From positions 12,896,001 through 12,960,000 of the forward strand of contig NC_135808.1 of NCBI RefSeq assembly GCF_964213995.1: DNA of 64,000 nucleotides, written 5' to 3'. The notes beneath the pieces are model-generated. The model searched no databases. It saw nothing but the letters and a program-made list of their open reading frames with translations, and was not told the DNA's origin. This DNA comes from Mustelus asterias (taxonomy: Eukaryota). This document shows, piece by piece, positions 12,053 to 26,885 of this stretch (positions are counted from its first letter, which is position 1; every line of letters starts with the position of its first letter). The position numbers and the translations under genes were made by a program.

Positions 12053-12867
12053 CTGATATACAGAAAACAGAAAGTTAACTCCTCTGAACTGTGCCAGTAA
12101 AATCCTGACATGCAATTTCAAAAAATATGAAAAAAAGCAACAACGGGTGTAATAGCGATTCCACTCCTTTAGGTGCCTCAGGGCAGAGGGATGACACATC
12201 TCTCCCTCTCTCTCTCCTTCTCATAGTAAGGGGCCAAGTAGTCAGTGAGAAGGGTAAGGACAAGGGCTGCACAGGGTCAAAAACCATCGCTATCATCCCC
12301 CTCTTCCCTATCCTCACATGGTAGAAAGAGACTGAAACTGTCCCTTCCAAGAGGAAAGCCAATCCCAGGGAAAGAAGGTAAACAGATACAGAATTGGGAA
12401 GTAACAGAGATAATGGGCATGTCCTCAAATTAGCAGAATATAACATGTTGTATCACTCAACCCCCTCCCTCAGGTGTCCATAAAAGGTAGCAATAAATGC
12501 TGGCCTAGCCAGTGATGCCCACATCCCATAAAATAAATTCTAAAAATGTTTTTTGCAGAATATGATTCCACTTTGTGCTCATAGCATCTTACAATTTGAT
12601 AACAAAAGCATACAAAACATCAGAATAATGCATATGTTTACACAGTTAGTGAAATTTTCTTTTCCATTAACTATCCAACTATTCCATTTGGTGCAAACAT
12701 GGTCCTTGGATATCTTACAAAGGCACAAATCCAAAAGATTGAACTATGAATGTTCAACTCCCCGGATATAACTGTGATGTGGGTGTTAGCTCTTCGCTGG
12801 CACCTCTTGATCTCATTGCTTATACAGGATTCGAACATGTCCCAAACTAATAAGCTACATTCTTTGC

Positions 12868-13790
12868 ATAGAATCATAGAGGTTTACAGCATGGAAACAG
12901 GCCCTTTGGCCCAATTTGTCAATGCCGCCCTTTTGTTCAACCACTATGCTAGTCCCAATTGCCCACATTTGGCCCATATCCCTCTATACCCATCATACCC
13001 ATATAACTGTCTAAAAGACAAAATTGTACCCGCCTCTACTACTACCTCTGGCAGCTTGTTCCACTCACCACCCTCTGTGTGAAAAAATTGCCCCGCTGGA
13101 CCCTTTTGTATCTCTCCCCTCTCACCTTAAACCTAAGCCCTCTAGTTTTAGACTCACCTACTTTTGGGAAAAGATGTTGACTATCTCGCTGATCTGTGCC
13201 CCTCATTATTATATGGACCTCTATAAGATCACCCCTCAGCCTTCTAAGCTTCAGGGAAAAAAGTCCCAGTCTATCCAGCCTCTCCTTAAAACTCAAACCA
13301 TCAAGTCCCGGTAGCATCCTAGTAAAGTTTAAAGTTTTAAAGTTTATTTATTAGTGTCACAAGTAGGCATACATTAACACTGCAATGAAGTTACTGTGAA
13401 AATCCCCTAGTCGCCACATTCCGCAGCCTGTTCGGGTACACCAAGGGAGAATTTAGTATGGTCAATCAACCTAACAAGCACATCTTTGGACTGTGGGAGG
13501 AAAGTTGAGCATCCAGAGGAAACCCACGCAGACATGGGGAGAACGTGTAAACTCTGCACAGACAGTGACCCAATCCGGGAATCGAACCCGGGTTCCTGGC
13601 ACTGTGAGGCAGTCGTGCTAACCATTGTGCTACCGTGCCGCCCCGATCTTGGTGTCATCTGCAAACTTAGTAACTATAACCTCCTAAATTCCCATCCAAA
13701 TCATTAATATAAATGACAAATAAGAGTGGACCCAGCAGTGATCCCTGAGGCACACCGCTGATCACAGACCTCCAGCTTGAAAAACAATCC
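12868..13790 (-). mobile_element. CR1 LINE fragments with a nested V-SINE (~13325-13643)
   Basis: LPGLDGLSFKERLDRLGLFSL..RRLRGDLIEV and [22 protein letters not shown] motifs. Confidence 0.85.
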
Positions 13791-15926
13791 TCTACATAGG
13801 CTATCATGATGGCTATTCCATACATTATTGATCCATAACTCCACTGCATCTTCATGCATCTAACTATTGTTACAGTACACTTGAAAAAAGCTCCTTCAGG
13901 GAACGTGATGTTCATTTGAAAATTACTATAGGCTTTAATTTAATTCTCTTTGTCACGGAGGCGAGTGCCATTGTGAAATGTGTCTTCTCTTGTTCCCAGT
14001 AGAACTGTTTCAGACTCTTTCCATTTCATTGTTTGGTTGCTGGACATATCAAAATTTACAGAAGCTTTATCCATTTTGGTGATGTGAATTACTAGGTACC
14101 TGTGGTTTTTTTTACTGCTGTCTGATAATCGATGAAAACATTACTTTCACATTGAGGTCTTTTGGTAGTCTTTGAGCAACCTTGGTTTTCAGTTTCTACA
14201 CTGAACTGTTTCATTCCCTAAGTCGGCCACATCAACTTGGTCTGAAATCTTTGCTGGAGTCTGGGTTCAATTTGGCTAACACTTAAGTGTGTTTTAACAC
14301 ATTTCATTCCTGGTGACGATGTAAAACTGCTCCAATGATTTGAAAACGCATTCCAATATTTGCTTCTCAAGACCAGGCCACTGGCTGGTCCCTTTTTGAT
14401 GGCACATTTGGTTTTGGGCATTCTCATCAGGTCGGATTGCTTTTTTCTTCCATTCTCACACCAGTTTTTCCACTGCAGTTGAGTTATTTGACGAGTTAGC
14501 AGAAAGCAGCTTCAGACTGTTTTGGAAATGGGGAGGCAGTGGCGTAGCGGTATTGTCGTTGGACTTCAGAGACCCAAGGTAATGCTCTGAGGACCTGGGT
14601 TCAAATCCCACCACGGCAGATGGTGAAATTTGAATTCGATAAAAATCTGGAATTAAAAGTCTAATGATGACCATTGTCGATTGTTATAAAAACCCATTTG
14701 GTTCACTAATGTCCTTTCGGGAAGGGAATCTGCTGTCCTTACCTGGCCTACATATGACTCCAGACCCACAGCAATGTGGTTGACTCTTAAATACCGTCAG
14801 GGTTGGGCAATTAATGCTGGTCCAACCAGCGACACGCTCATCCCATGAGCAAATTTAAAAAAAATATTTCTGTTTGTCATTCACTATTCCTATACACTCT
14901 ATTCTTCGCAATCTGAAACTGCCGCTTATCTTTGCAACAAAGCAAAGAACATGAATGTTTTTCATGTTCCGACTACCGTATCAGGTAAATGTAAAACATG
15001 CATTTCTGCAGTGAAAAAGTGAGGTTACTAATAGAAGTCTAGAACCATAAAAAGCAGAGCGGGGTGGAGGGTCAACTTATATATTAAGCATGTGCAAAGG
15101 CATGATTTTTGGTACCAAAAATTGAGTCATAATTTTTGCAGTGTTAACTTGTGTGCCCTGGTCTGTGGTACTTCACAAATTTATGCAAAACTATTTCAAA
15201 ATCTTTGAAAAGGGGAGGAATTCTCAGCAGCTTCTGGAAAAGAAATGACTGGCCAAGAACGTCCCATGGTTCATTTTCTCAGTCGACCTCACAACAGGGA
15301 CAGCTGATGCAGCAAGAACCTTATTACTGTTGAAGTCTTATGTTGATTGTAGGAACCTGTTGCCAGTTTGGAGTCCTCACATTTGGTACCAGGATTGAAC
15401 AGCCAACTGATGTCCTGTAAATAGATGTCTTTGGGGGGAAAGGGTGGGGCACTCAAAAGTCAGCCATACTGCAACAGATGATTTTGCTAATTTATTTTTT
15501 GCTTGCATGGTCTGCAGCTCCTGTCACTGCTCTCCAGCGCTTAACATTTTGTTTCAAACTATGGAGGGCCCAGACATTTTGGTCCTGATGCTGAGCTACA
15601 TTTGTGTTCTCATTATGCCCTGGTAACCCACCCAGAATATTTGGATGAGACCAAACAACAACCTTGGTTTGAGCCTTAGGCTGGAGCCTATGCACAGGTA
15701 CAGCACTCACATCTGAAATGAGCATCCCAGTTGAAAGTTAGCCCCCGCTGAACCCTGGCTATGAGGAGACTAGCTGACGTTAGGGACTGTGGGGACAAGG
15801 ACAGTCAGCTAAATAACAGTGGTGTCAAAATTAATTTGGGATAAAATTAGTTGACATTTGAAAAAGCATGGAGTAATAAATAAAAACATGTCTTGGTTAA
15901 AGGCAAAGAATGTTTGACTAACTTGA

Positions 15927-16267
15927 TCATAGAATCATAGAATCCCTACAGTGCAGAAGGAGGCCATTCGGCCCATCGAGTCTGCACCGACCACAATCCC
16001 ACCCAGGCCCTACCCCCACATATTTTACCCGCTAATCCCTCTAACCTACGCATCTCAGGACTCTAAGGGGCAATATTTAACCTGGCCAATCAACCTAACC
16101 CGCACATCTTTGGACTGTGGGAGGAAACCGGAGCACCCGGAGGAAACCCACGCAGACACGAGGAGAATGTGCAAACTCCAGACAGACAGTGACCCGAGCC
16201 GGGAATCGAACCCAGGACCCTGGAGCTGTGAAGCAGCAGTGCTAACCACTGTGCTACCATGCCGCCC
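15927..16267 (-). mobile_element. Young full-length V-SINE (CR1-type tail)
   Basis: Near-identical to the copy at 26200-26540(+); tail (ATTCTATG)2. Confidence 0.9.
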
Positions 16268-16346
16268 ATGATAAAGTTCTTTGATGAAGTAACGGAGCAG
16301 GTTAATGGGATTAACGAGATAGTAATAGCACGGATACATGATTATT

Positions 16347-16636
16347 GTAAGTAGTCTCACAACACTAGGTTAAAGTCCAACAGGTTTATTTGGCACTAGC
16401 ATTCGGAGTCTCAGACTCCTTCATCAGGTGAGTGAGGACTTGTGTTCACAAACAGGTCATATACAGACACAAACTCAATTTACAAGATAATGGTTGGAAT
16501 GCGAGTCTTTACAGGTAATCAAGTCTTAAAGGTACAGACTATGTGAGTGGAGAGAGGGTTAAGCACAGGTTAAAGAGATGTGTATTGTCTCCAGCCAGGA
16601 CAGTTAGTGAGATTTTGCAAGCCCAGGCAACTCCAC
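16347..16636 (-). mobile_element. Penelope-like element terminal fragment with 12-bp TSD (TACATGATTATT)
   Basis: TSD at 16335-16346 and 16637-16648. Degenerate hammerhead CUGAUGA-aGGAGUC-uga-GACUCC-GAAU. Residual inverted tail CTCCAC. Confidence 0.85.
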
Positions 16637-18134
16637 TACATGATTATTAACAGTACAGACCGGTAAAGAGTAGGGTAAACAGTTAGTTCTCAGACTGATG
16701 GAGGTATTCAGTCGTATTCTCCAAGTTATTTGAAATATTGCTCTTTTTGATTAATATTAATAATCCAGACGCGATAATTTCATGGTTTACAGATGACGCA
16801 AAATTCGGAAATGTAGTAATCAATGTGGCAAATAATAGACATGAGGAAGGTGTTTACTGGTAAAATGGCAGACACATGGCAAATTAAATTTAGCATGGAT
16901 GATCAAACAGAAGTGTGAAGTGGTGCATTTTGTTAGGAAGAATATAGAGAGACAACTTGAATGAAACAGTGCAATTTGGAATGGAATGCAAGAACAGAGA
17001 AACTTTGGGTCTATGTACAGAAATCTTTCAACATTTGACAGTGGTTTTAAAATAGCCTTTTATTACTCCAGAAATAAAATACGAAAGCAAGGAGGAATTA
17101 AGAGAGAGTGGAAGTTACATGATACTTGACACAACTACCAGACCTATCAAAGCACTTTGCTGCCAATGGAGTACTTTTTGGAGTGTAGCCACTGTTGTAT
17201 ATAGGACATATAGCTGCCAATGTGTGGCTTTGTTTAACACCTCATCTGAACGTCAACACCTCTGACAGTGCAGCTTCCCCAGTAGTGCACTGGGATGTCA
17301 GTCTAGATTTTTGTGCTCAAGCACTAGAGTGGGATTTGAACCGACCAATTGAGCCACAGCGGACATATAAACTAATGTTAACCTTTATAAAATACTGGTT
17401 AAACTTTTACTATATTCTGTTCTCCAAGATAATAGAAACACTCTCCTTTTTGATAAATATTAATGATCTGGACTTGGGCACCGTATTTGCAGAAGGATGA
17501 CAGAGTCTTCGGGTTTGTGCAGAAAATATTTACTAAAATACCACCAACGTCAAGGGGACGACAGTTATGTGGAGAAATTCCAGAAACTAGAGTCCTTCAT
17601 CTTAAACAGAAAGTTAAATGGAGATTTGATTGTGGTGATTGTGGTGTTCAAACTCATAAATGGTTTTGATTGAGTAAAGAAGGAGTCGTTGAGGAGACTT
17701 TGCGCAGCGCAGAAGAGAAGGTACAAAGGAAAAGAACAAACAAAGAACCAACACAACCACTTTGGTAAACTCCTGTAACCTGCCACGTGGAAAGCTGCTG
17801 GTCTTGAAGAGACAATGAGAGACAATGAGGTTAAACCCAGGTCGGTAATCAAAATGTTTGGGGAGGCTTTGTTCAAGCCCTTTCTGTTTCTTGTCAGCTT
17901 GTGGTTTCCAAAACTCTTACAATGGCTTTATCATCAGCTACTATTTCTGGCAGGGCAGGTGGCACTAAAAACACCGCTAAATAAACTCTTCTATGTTTTA
18001 TTTTACAGGGTTGCTTGGAAGAAGGGGCCATTCACTGGGTAACTCTAATCCCCACCAAATGCTTCCACATTAAGAATACTGGGAAATCACTACATCAGTT
18101 TTCTTGTTAACATAACAAAAACTAATTTAAATAC

Positions 18135-18470
18135 TGACAGGCGACCTGATGGAAATTTATAAAATGAGAGGTATAGATAGGGTGAACAGGTGGAAGTTTT
18201 TTCCCAGGGCAGAAATGACAATTACAAGGGGGCACAAGTTCAAGATAAGGGGTGAAAGGTTCAGTGAAGATGTGCAGGGAAAGTTTTTTACATAGAGGGT
18301 GGTGGGAATGTACTGTCAAGTGATGTGGTTGAGGCAGTTACAATAGCCACATTTAAGACTTATCTTGATAGGCAGATGAACAAATGGGGAATGAAGGAAT
18401 ATAAACGTGATTGGCACAGGCTTGGAGGGCCAAAGGGCCTGTTCCTGTGCTGTACTGTTCTTTGTTCTAC
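18135..18470 (+). mobile_element. CR1 LINE 3' fragment
   Basis: GDLMEIYK..DRVN..FP..RGHKFKIRG..FF..RVV remnants and tail GAGGGCCAAAGGGCCTGTTCCTGTGCTGTACTGTTCTTTG. Confidence 0.8.
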
Positions 18471-18975
18471 TGTGATTGACTGTACAATTGTTTAATTCTA
18501 TTCTATGTGACTTTGCACTCTTGTCTTTTGAAAGGACTTCCGGAACATTGTATATTTGAGCTTCTGACACTTACACTGAATTTTACACTAAACCACATTT
18601 CCATTCCTGCTTGCAATTTGTCCTGGGTAAATGTGATTGAGAGATGGCTTGATGGGAAACTGTGGTCTGCGCATTAATTGATCCCAAATGTTTAAAAGGA
18701 ACCAAATGGTAAAAAGCTAAACTTCAGTAGAAATTTAATGTGCATGAAAACATGTGAAAACCATTAGATAAACACACCTTTGTAAAATTCCAGACACCAA
18801 TACAGGGCAGAGAAGACAATAATACTTTGAATCTCAATCAGCTGAATGACATATATTCCTGGCTTTTACTATTCACTAGCATTGAAATGATAATTAACTA
18901 ATAACAGTCCGAGAATAGCAAAAATACAGACGACATTCAGGGTATGAAACAGTGATCAGGCCTGAGTGTTCAGAA

Positions 18976-19850
18976 GGGCAGCACGGTAGCACAGTGGTTA
19001 GCACTGCTGTCTCACAGTGCCAGAGACCCGGGTTCGATTCCTGCCTTGGGTCAAGCTGTATGGAGTTTGCACATTCTCCCTGTGTCTGCATGGGTTTCCT
19101 CCAGGTGCTCTGGTTTCCTCCCACACTCCAAATGTGTGCGGGTTAGGTTGATTGGACATGCTGAATTGCCTCTTAGTGTCTGGGTGATTAGCAAGGATAA
19201 ATATGTGGGATTATGGGGATATGGCTCAAGTGGGATTGTCGGTGCAGGCTCGATTGGGTCAAATGGCCTTTTTCTGCACTATAGGGTATCTATGATTGGT
19301 ATACGGCATCTACTAGAACTGGGCTCAAATCATAGCTTTCGGTTAAATTGGTCTCCAAAGGCTTTGCAGTATTTTAAGGATGTTAGAAAGGCATTTATGA
19401 TATGTTTGACCAAGAGGTTCAGGGCCATTCTGCAGATGAACCATTGTGGAAGTATGAGCTGGTGGAGGGACCATACATCTACATAGCACATTGACTGAAA
19501 CGACTGAGCAGCACGGCGGCACAGTGGTTAGCATTGCTGCCTCACAGCTCCATGGACCTGGGTTCGATTCCTGGCTTGGGTCACTGTCTGTGTGGAGTTT
19601 GCACATTCTCCACATGTTTACGTGGGTTTCCTCCAGGTGCTCCAGTTTCCTCCCACAGTCCAAAGATGTGCAGGTTAGGTTGTTTGGCCATGCTAAATTG
19701 CCCCTTAGTGTCCCGGGATGTGTATCTTAGAGAGATTAGTAGAGTAAATATGTGGGGTTTTGGGGATAGGGCCCGAGTGGGATTGTTGTCGGTGCAGACT
19801 CGATGGGCCGAATGGCCTCCTTCTGCACTGTAGGGATTGTATGATTGTAT
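18976..19850 (+). mobile_element. Two neighbouring V-SINE copies (~18976-19296, ~19507-19850)
   Basis: Both have the tRNA head, V core and CR1-type tail. Confidence 0.85.
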
Positions 19851-22781
19851 GTATGACTATGCTCGGAACACGACAGTTGTGTGCAGTTATGTGGTAATCC
19901 ATCCAGGACTTCATGGAAACAAAGTTTCATACCTCTTAATCTTACTGATAACGAATGAAATATAACCACTGTCATTCATTTGGTATCACTGAATCATTTC
20001 ACAACTTGAAGCGGGGGCAGATTTAGGACTGAGTTGAGGAGGAACTTCTTCACACAAAGGGTTGTGAATCTGTGGAATTCCCTGCCCAGTGAAGCAGTTG
20101 AGGCTACCTCATTGAATGTTTTAAAATAAATTTTTGAACAGTAAAGGAATTAAGGGTTATGGTGAGCGGGCGGGTAAGTGGAGCTGAGTCCACAAAAAGA
20201 TCAGCCATGATCTTATTGAATGGTGGAGCAGGCTCGGGGGGGACGGGGGGACGGGGGGGGGGGGGCAAATGGCCTACTCCTGCTCCTAGTTCTTATGTTT
20301 TTTATGTTCTTATGTTGAGGAGGAGCTGGGGCTGCCGGCGAAGGCCGTTGTGGGTGGGTGGAATTGGGTGCTGGCGGGTGCTGACTCAGACTGTGGATGT
20401 GCGGTGGAAGGGGGATAGAGAAGTGATGACTCTGATCAAGGGTGGGTAGGGGAGCCCCTTAGACCACTGGGGGTGGTGGGGGGCGGATTTACTCAGGTTT
20501 TGATTGGGGTGCCCTTTAGCAATAGCGATCAGATCTCTATGCAGCCGGGTTTTACCAGCGTGTTTAGGCCCCAGCCCCTGTATGATAGGTGAAACACGCG
20601 CCCTTGATTATTTTTTGGCAGCATGTCCTACGATCTGGAGAACAACACATCACTTTCCTTGCTGGAGACAGTTTTTGGTTAGATTTAGCCCATGGTCTCA
20701 AGATATGGGTTAATAGTTAGAATTGAAATGAGAAATCTCTTCATTCAGACAGCTGTGAATCTTTGAAATTCTCTTCCCCATGGTGCTGTGAATGCTCAGT
20801 CGATGCATATACAAAGTTGAATGAAATTTTCTCAACCAGAAGAAATAAGGGATGTGCCGCGGTGCTCTAGATGAAGGCACGAGCACCAGTTGACTACACC
20901 CATCCTACAATGGGCGCAGAGCTTGAAGAACCGGACCCAACACTTAAATGTCTCAAGAGGCTCTCGAGGCGAGTGAACCCCCAAGGTTTCTTGGACCTCA
21001 AGGGGGAGGGAAGTAATGACTACGATGTGGACCTCTTAGAATACGAGCTCCCTTATTGGGTCAGCAATGGCTTGTCCAATCAGGGATCCCTGCATGTGTA
21101 CATAATATGGAGTGCCAGTGTTACTGGCACTCTGCGTTTATACTCCATATAAGGTAGTACCTGTCTGAGTGTTGCCAACTATGTAAACAAATCTAAAATT
21201 GGTGAAAACTGGCCTCGGAGGAGTTATTACTCCATTGATAAATTAGAGTGCAGTTCAGCATGTAGAACTGTAAGCTCATCTACACTGGACCTAAGAAAGA
21301 TCAGAGTACAGAGTATTTTCAAAGTTGCGAGCAGCCAGGAATCATGAATGAGCCCAGAGATTTAGGCATCTAAATACAAAAATCACTAACAACTGGTGGA
21401 CGGGTACAAGAAGGAATTTAAAAGGGATGTTAGTGCTTAGAACTGGAATACTGAGCTCTGCTTAGACCGACAATAATATTGTGTTCAGTTGTTGGTCCTA
21501 CCTGAAATAAAGATAAAATTGCCTTGGGTGAGCACAGATTTAGCCGAGTGATACCTGGGCAGACTTTTTTTCAAATTCTTCATTCGTGGGATGTGGGCAT
21601 CGCTGGCTGGGTTTATTAGTCATCCCTTGAACCGAGTTGCTTGCTAGGTCATTTCAGAGTTAAGAGTCAGTCACATTGCTGTGGATCTGGAGTCTCATGT
21701 CGGCCAGACCAGGTAAAGGTGGCAGATTTCCTTCCCTTAAAGGACTTTAGTGAACCAGACAGGTTTTCCCAGCAATTGACAATGGCTTCATGGTCATCAT
21801 TGGACTTTTAATTCCAGATTTTATAGGATTCAAGTTTCAGGGGGGATTCAAAGCCAGGGCTCCAGAGCTTACCCGAATGTCAATACCATTGCACCACCAT
21901 CTCCCCATGCCTACAAAGGATAGGCCTAAATTATTCCAAATAGAAAACTGAGGGAAGATCTAATTGACATGTTTACAATGATTAACAGGTTTGATAGGAT
22001 AGCGTTATGATGGGCAGTTAAGGTATGGCAAATGTCGAGAAATCCGTTCCAAAATTTACTTTTTTAAACCTTGGACTGAGTTGAAAAACTATTTTCAAAA
22101 TGGGCTCCAAGGCTTAACTGATTTTCTCCTTGTGGAGTCAAACTGGAACATCTCCTGAAGTGTCAGAGAAGACATTCTCATAAATATAAAACTTTTAAGT
22201 TCAATGAACTTTCTACAAGTGTAAATAAAATCCACTGACTTAATGGCTTTCCTTCAAGTGCAAAAAGGTATTTCCCCTGACACGAAAGGGCAATTTAGCA
22301 TGGCCAATCCACCTAACTTGCACATCTTTGGACTGTGGGAGGAAACCGGAGCACCTGGAGGAAACCCATGCAGACACGTTGAGAATGTGCAAACTCCACA
22401 CAGACAGTGACTTGAGGCTGGGTCCCTGACGCTGTGAGGCAGCAGTGCTAACTACTGTGCCACTGAGTTTGGATTGTTGAAACGGAATTCCCATTTACCC
22501 AAATGGAACATGATTCAGAATTTGTTCAAAAACAAGTGGTGCAATGACTACCTTTGCTTGCCTGCCAACAAATAACACAAAAGGCAGGAAAAGCTGCCTA
22601 GAGGCATTGCAAAACACCTGAAAACCAAACATGATCTTCATTTAACTTGCACATCTTTGGACTGTGGGAGAAAACCGAAGCACCTGGAGGAAACCCACGC
22701 AGACACGGAGAGAACGTGCAAATTCCGTACAGACAGTGACCCAAGACCAGAATTGAACCTGGGTCCCTGGCACTGTGAGGC

Positions 22782-23728
22782 CATGATGTAGAGATGCCGG
22801 CGTTAGACTGGGGTAAACAGAGTAAGAAGTCTCACAACACCAGGTTAAAGTCTAACAGATTTATTTAGTAGCAAAAGCCACTAGCTTTTGGAGCGCTGCC
22901 CCTTCATCAGGTGAGTGGGATTTCAGTTCACAAACAGGGCATATAAAGACACAAACTCAATTTACAAAATAATGGTTGGAATGCGAGTCTTTACAGGTGA
23001 TCAAGTCTTAAAGGTACAGACAATGTGAGTGGAGAGAGGGTTGAGCACAGGTTAAAGAGGTGTGTATTGTCTCCAGCCAGGACAGTTAGTGAGATTTTGC
23101 AAGCCCAGGCAAGTCGTGGGGGTTACAGATAGTGTGACATGAACCCAAGATCCCGGTTGAGGCCGTCCTCATGTGTGCGGAACTTGGCTATCAGTCTCTG
23201 CTCAGCGACTCTGCGTTGTCGTGTGTCGTGAAGGCCACCTTGGAGAACACTTACCCGAAGATCAGAGGCTGAATGCCCGTGACCGCTGAAGTGTTCCCCA
23301 ACAGGAAGAGAACACTCTTGCCTGGCTCGCACCAACACAGAGTCGCTGAACAGAGACTGAAAGCCAAGTTCCGCACACATGAGGATGGCGTCAACCGGGA
23401 GCTTGGGTTCATGTCACACTATCTGTAACCCCCACGACTTGCCTGGGCTTGCAAAATCTCACTAACTGTCCTGGCTGGAGACAATACACATCTCTTTAAC
23501 CTGTGCTCAACCCTCTCTCCACTCACATTGTCTGTACCTTTCAGACTTGATTACCTGTAAAGACTCGCATTCCAACCATTATTTTGTAAATTGAGTTTGT
23601 GTCTTTATGTGCCCTGTTTGTGAACTGAAATCCCACTCACCTGATGAAGGAGCAGCGCTTCAAAAGCTAGTGGCTTTTGCGACCAAATAAATCTGTTGGA
23701 CTTTAACCTGGTGTTGTGAGACTTCTTA
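22782..23728. mobile_element. Penelope-like element: inverted (palindromic) pair of 3' terminal regions inserted into a V-SINE
   Basis: Left arm (minus) encodes a GIY-YIG C-terminus (VGEHFSGHGHSASDLRVSVLQGGLHDTRQRRVAEQRLIAKFRTHEDGLNRDLGFMSHY). Right arm (~23345-23728) is the reverse complement of ~22821-23200. Flanked by duplicated (A)CTGTGAGGC. Confidence 0.9.
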
Positions 23729-26199
23729 CTGTGAGGCAGCAGTGTTAACCTCTGTGCCAGCAAGTTTCAATTGTTGAAGGGGATTCCCATTTATATGATA
23801 TGGAACACGATTCAGCATGAACATGATTGTTACAAAACAAATGCTGCAATAACTACCTTTCTTTCCTTGCCTGCCAACAAATAATACAAAAGGCAGGAAA
23901 AGCTGCCTCGAGGCATTGCGTAACATCTGAGAACCAAACATTTAAGGTCGTGACATCCACAGAGTAGGCCGCCATCTGTTTGTGTAACTGGGTGGTTGTA
24001 AGTGCCACACCTGCAGTACCCTACAAGGGTGCCCCATACCCTGTTGTATCCCCTAACATCCAGTGGAAACTATCACAGCTGCTGAGGCAATCCTACCCTT
24101 CACTTCAGACATCTCAATATGTAGGTCAGATCTGCTTCAAACAATTGATTCAAATTTTATGCATCTATTTTTTTAATCTCAAATTAATCTTTGTGTGTGA
24201 GTCATACACTTTCCTTAGTAACACGCAGAGAAAGTATGAACAAGTAAAGCAACCTTTCATTTACAGGATGTGGGAGGCCTATATTTATTGCCTATCTCTA
24301 ATTGCCTGTCATTTAAGAGCAACCACATTCCTGTGGATCTGGAGTCACATGTATCAGAAAATCATAGAATTCCTACAGTGCAAAAAGAGGTCTTTCAGCC
24401 CATCAGGCTTGTACTGACAACAATCCCACACAGGCCCTTAACCTGTAACCCTATATATTTACCCTGCTAATTTCCTCGACACCAAGGGTGGAATTTTCCC
24501 GTTCCACCCACGATGGGAATCGTCACAGGCAGGACAGGGCAATTCAAAGGCTCGTTGACCTCAGGCGGGATTTTCCAGTCTTGGGCGAATGTGGCTGGAA
24601 AATCCTGCTTTATGGATCAATTTAGCATGGCCAATCCATCTAACCTGCACATGAAACTTATAATCATAGAATCCCTACAGTTCAGAAGAAGGCTATTCAG
24701 CCAATCGAGCTTGCTCCAACTACAACCCACCCAGCCCCAATCCCCATAACCCCATGCATCTTACCCGGCTAATCCCCCTAATTTATAAATCTTGGGACAC
24801 GAAGAGGCAATTTAGCATGGCCAATCAACCTGCACATCTTTGGACTGTGGGAGGAAACCGGAGCACCTGGAGGAAACCCACAGAGACACGGGGAGAACAT
24901 GCAAATTCCACACAGCCAAGGCTGGAATTGAACCTGGGGCCCTGGCGCTGTGAGGCAGCAGTGCTAACCACTGTGCCACCATCTTTGCACCATCTCGCAG
25001 ACGTGAGGAGAATGTGCAAACTCCACACAGACAGTGACCCAAGGCAGGAATTGAACCCAGGTCCCTGGTGCTGTGAGGCAGCAGTGCTAATCACTATGCC
25101 AAGGCCAGGCCAGGCCAGATGAGAATGATAGATTTTCTACTCTAAAGGGCACTCCAGATTTACGACATTGGTTCATGGTCATCATTAGACATTTAATTCC
25201 AGATTTGCCTTGAATTCAAATTCCACCATCTGCCATGGTAGGATTTGAACCCAGGTCCCCAGAGTTTGACTCTGGTTCTCTGGATTCTTAGTCCCGTGAC
25301 AATATCACCCTTTGTTGCTGGGTTATTTTCAATTGACGCCCTCACTCCAATGATAAGAAACCCAGGTTCAATCCCGGCCTTGGGTGACTGCCTGCATGGG
25401 GTTTGCACATTCTCCTATTAACATCCAAATTACACTGACTGACGGGGGAAAGATGTCGTAGAGCATTTAACCCCCACATGACCACAACCACAAACCAGAA
25501 GTTTGTTAGGTCAGGTGTTAGCTCACTCAGGATTCAAATTTCTACATTGATGGAGTGGGATGCATTAATTGCGGATCCTTGAGAGGTGTCGATAGCACTC
25601 CTAACTTCCTGTTGGATTGCTTTACTCAATGGGCATGACTTCCCAGTTTGGTTACTGTGGAAATGGGTTGGTCCCCAATTTGTCCCAATGCACATCGGAT
25701 ACCGTTGCTCGCAGGTGGTTGGTTAGCTTTGGAGATTCCTCATAAACCTCGCCATCGCTTTTAAGAAAACATGTAAACCCCACCTATTCACCAACTCTGT
25801 TTCAATAGTCCAGAACCAGGGGGTCATTGTTTGAGGATAAGGGGCAAACCTTATAGAACTGAGGTGAGAAGAAATTTCTTCACCCAGAGGGTGGTGAATG
25901 TGTAGAATTCATTACCACAGGAAGTTGCTGGGGCCAAAACGTTGTGTGATTTCAAGAAGAAATTAGATATAGCTCTTGGGGCTAAAGGGATCAAGGGATA
26001 TGGGGGTAAGCGGGGATCAGGATAATTGAATTTGATGATCAGCCATGATCAAAATTAATGGCAGAGCAGGCTTGAGGGGCTGAATGGCCTACTCCTGCTT
26101 CTAGTTTCTTTGTTACAATATCTCCGGTTACAGCTTACTGTTAAGATAATAATCAGAGGAAACAGCTTGTGAAGTTCTACCACATTAAATTGCAGCACG

Positions 26200-26540
26200 G
26201 GGCGGCACGGTAGCACAGTGGTTAGCACTGCTGCTTCACAGCTCCAGGGTCCCGGGTTCGATTCCCGGCTCGGGTCACTGTCCGTGTAGAGTTTGCACAT
26301 TCTCCTCGTGTCTGCGTGGGTTTCCTCCGGGTGCTCCGGTTTCCTCCCACAGTCCAAAGATGTGCGGGTTAGGTTGATTGGCCAGGTTAAAAATTGCCCC
26401 TTAGAGTCCTGGGATGCGTAGGTTAGAGGGATTAGCGGGTAAATATGTGGGGGTAGAGCCTGGGTGGGATTGTGGTCGGTGCAGACTCGATGGGCCGAAT
26501 GGCCTCCTTCTGCACTGTAGGGTTTCTATGATTTCTATGA
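26200..26540 (+). mobile_element. Young full-length V-SINE
   Basis: GGGGCGGCACGGTAGCACAGTGGTTAGC (A box), GGTTCGATTCCC (B box), V core, CR1 tail. Confidence 0.92.
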
Positions 26541-26885
26541 GATACAAGTTGTTGAGGAAAGGGCGTCCAGAGGGTCGGAAGAAAACCCACACTTTGTTCA
26601 ATAATTTTTTAATGATGTTTTTATGAACTTTTTATGTTGTTATTTCTCTTTTATTGCCAAGGCTAAGTTGCAAAGAATGACAATCTATTGTGGAAAATGT
26701 CAAAAGGCGATTGTTAAAAGTGGTTAAACCCACTGCGGTTGTTAAATAATGTGATTAAGCAAACTGGAACAAGATATAGTAGTTAAGCAGTTCACAATCT
26801 AATCATTGTCTGAAGTTATGCGGAGTTACCAATTACATCATATGTTGGTTTATAACATGCTGAAGTTTAAGGAACAAGTCATTAT

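Noticed and set aside
26200-26275. SINE heads as tRNA genes
   Set aside because: A and B boxes are present but run straight into the V-SINE core; tRNA-derived, not tRNA.
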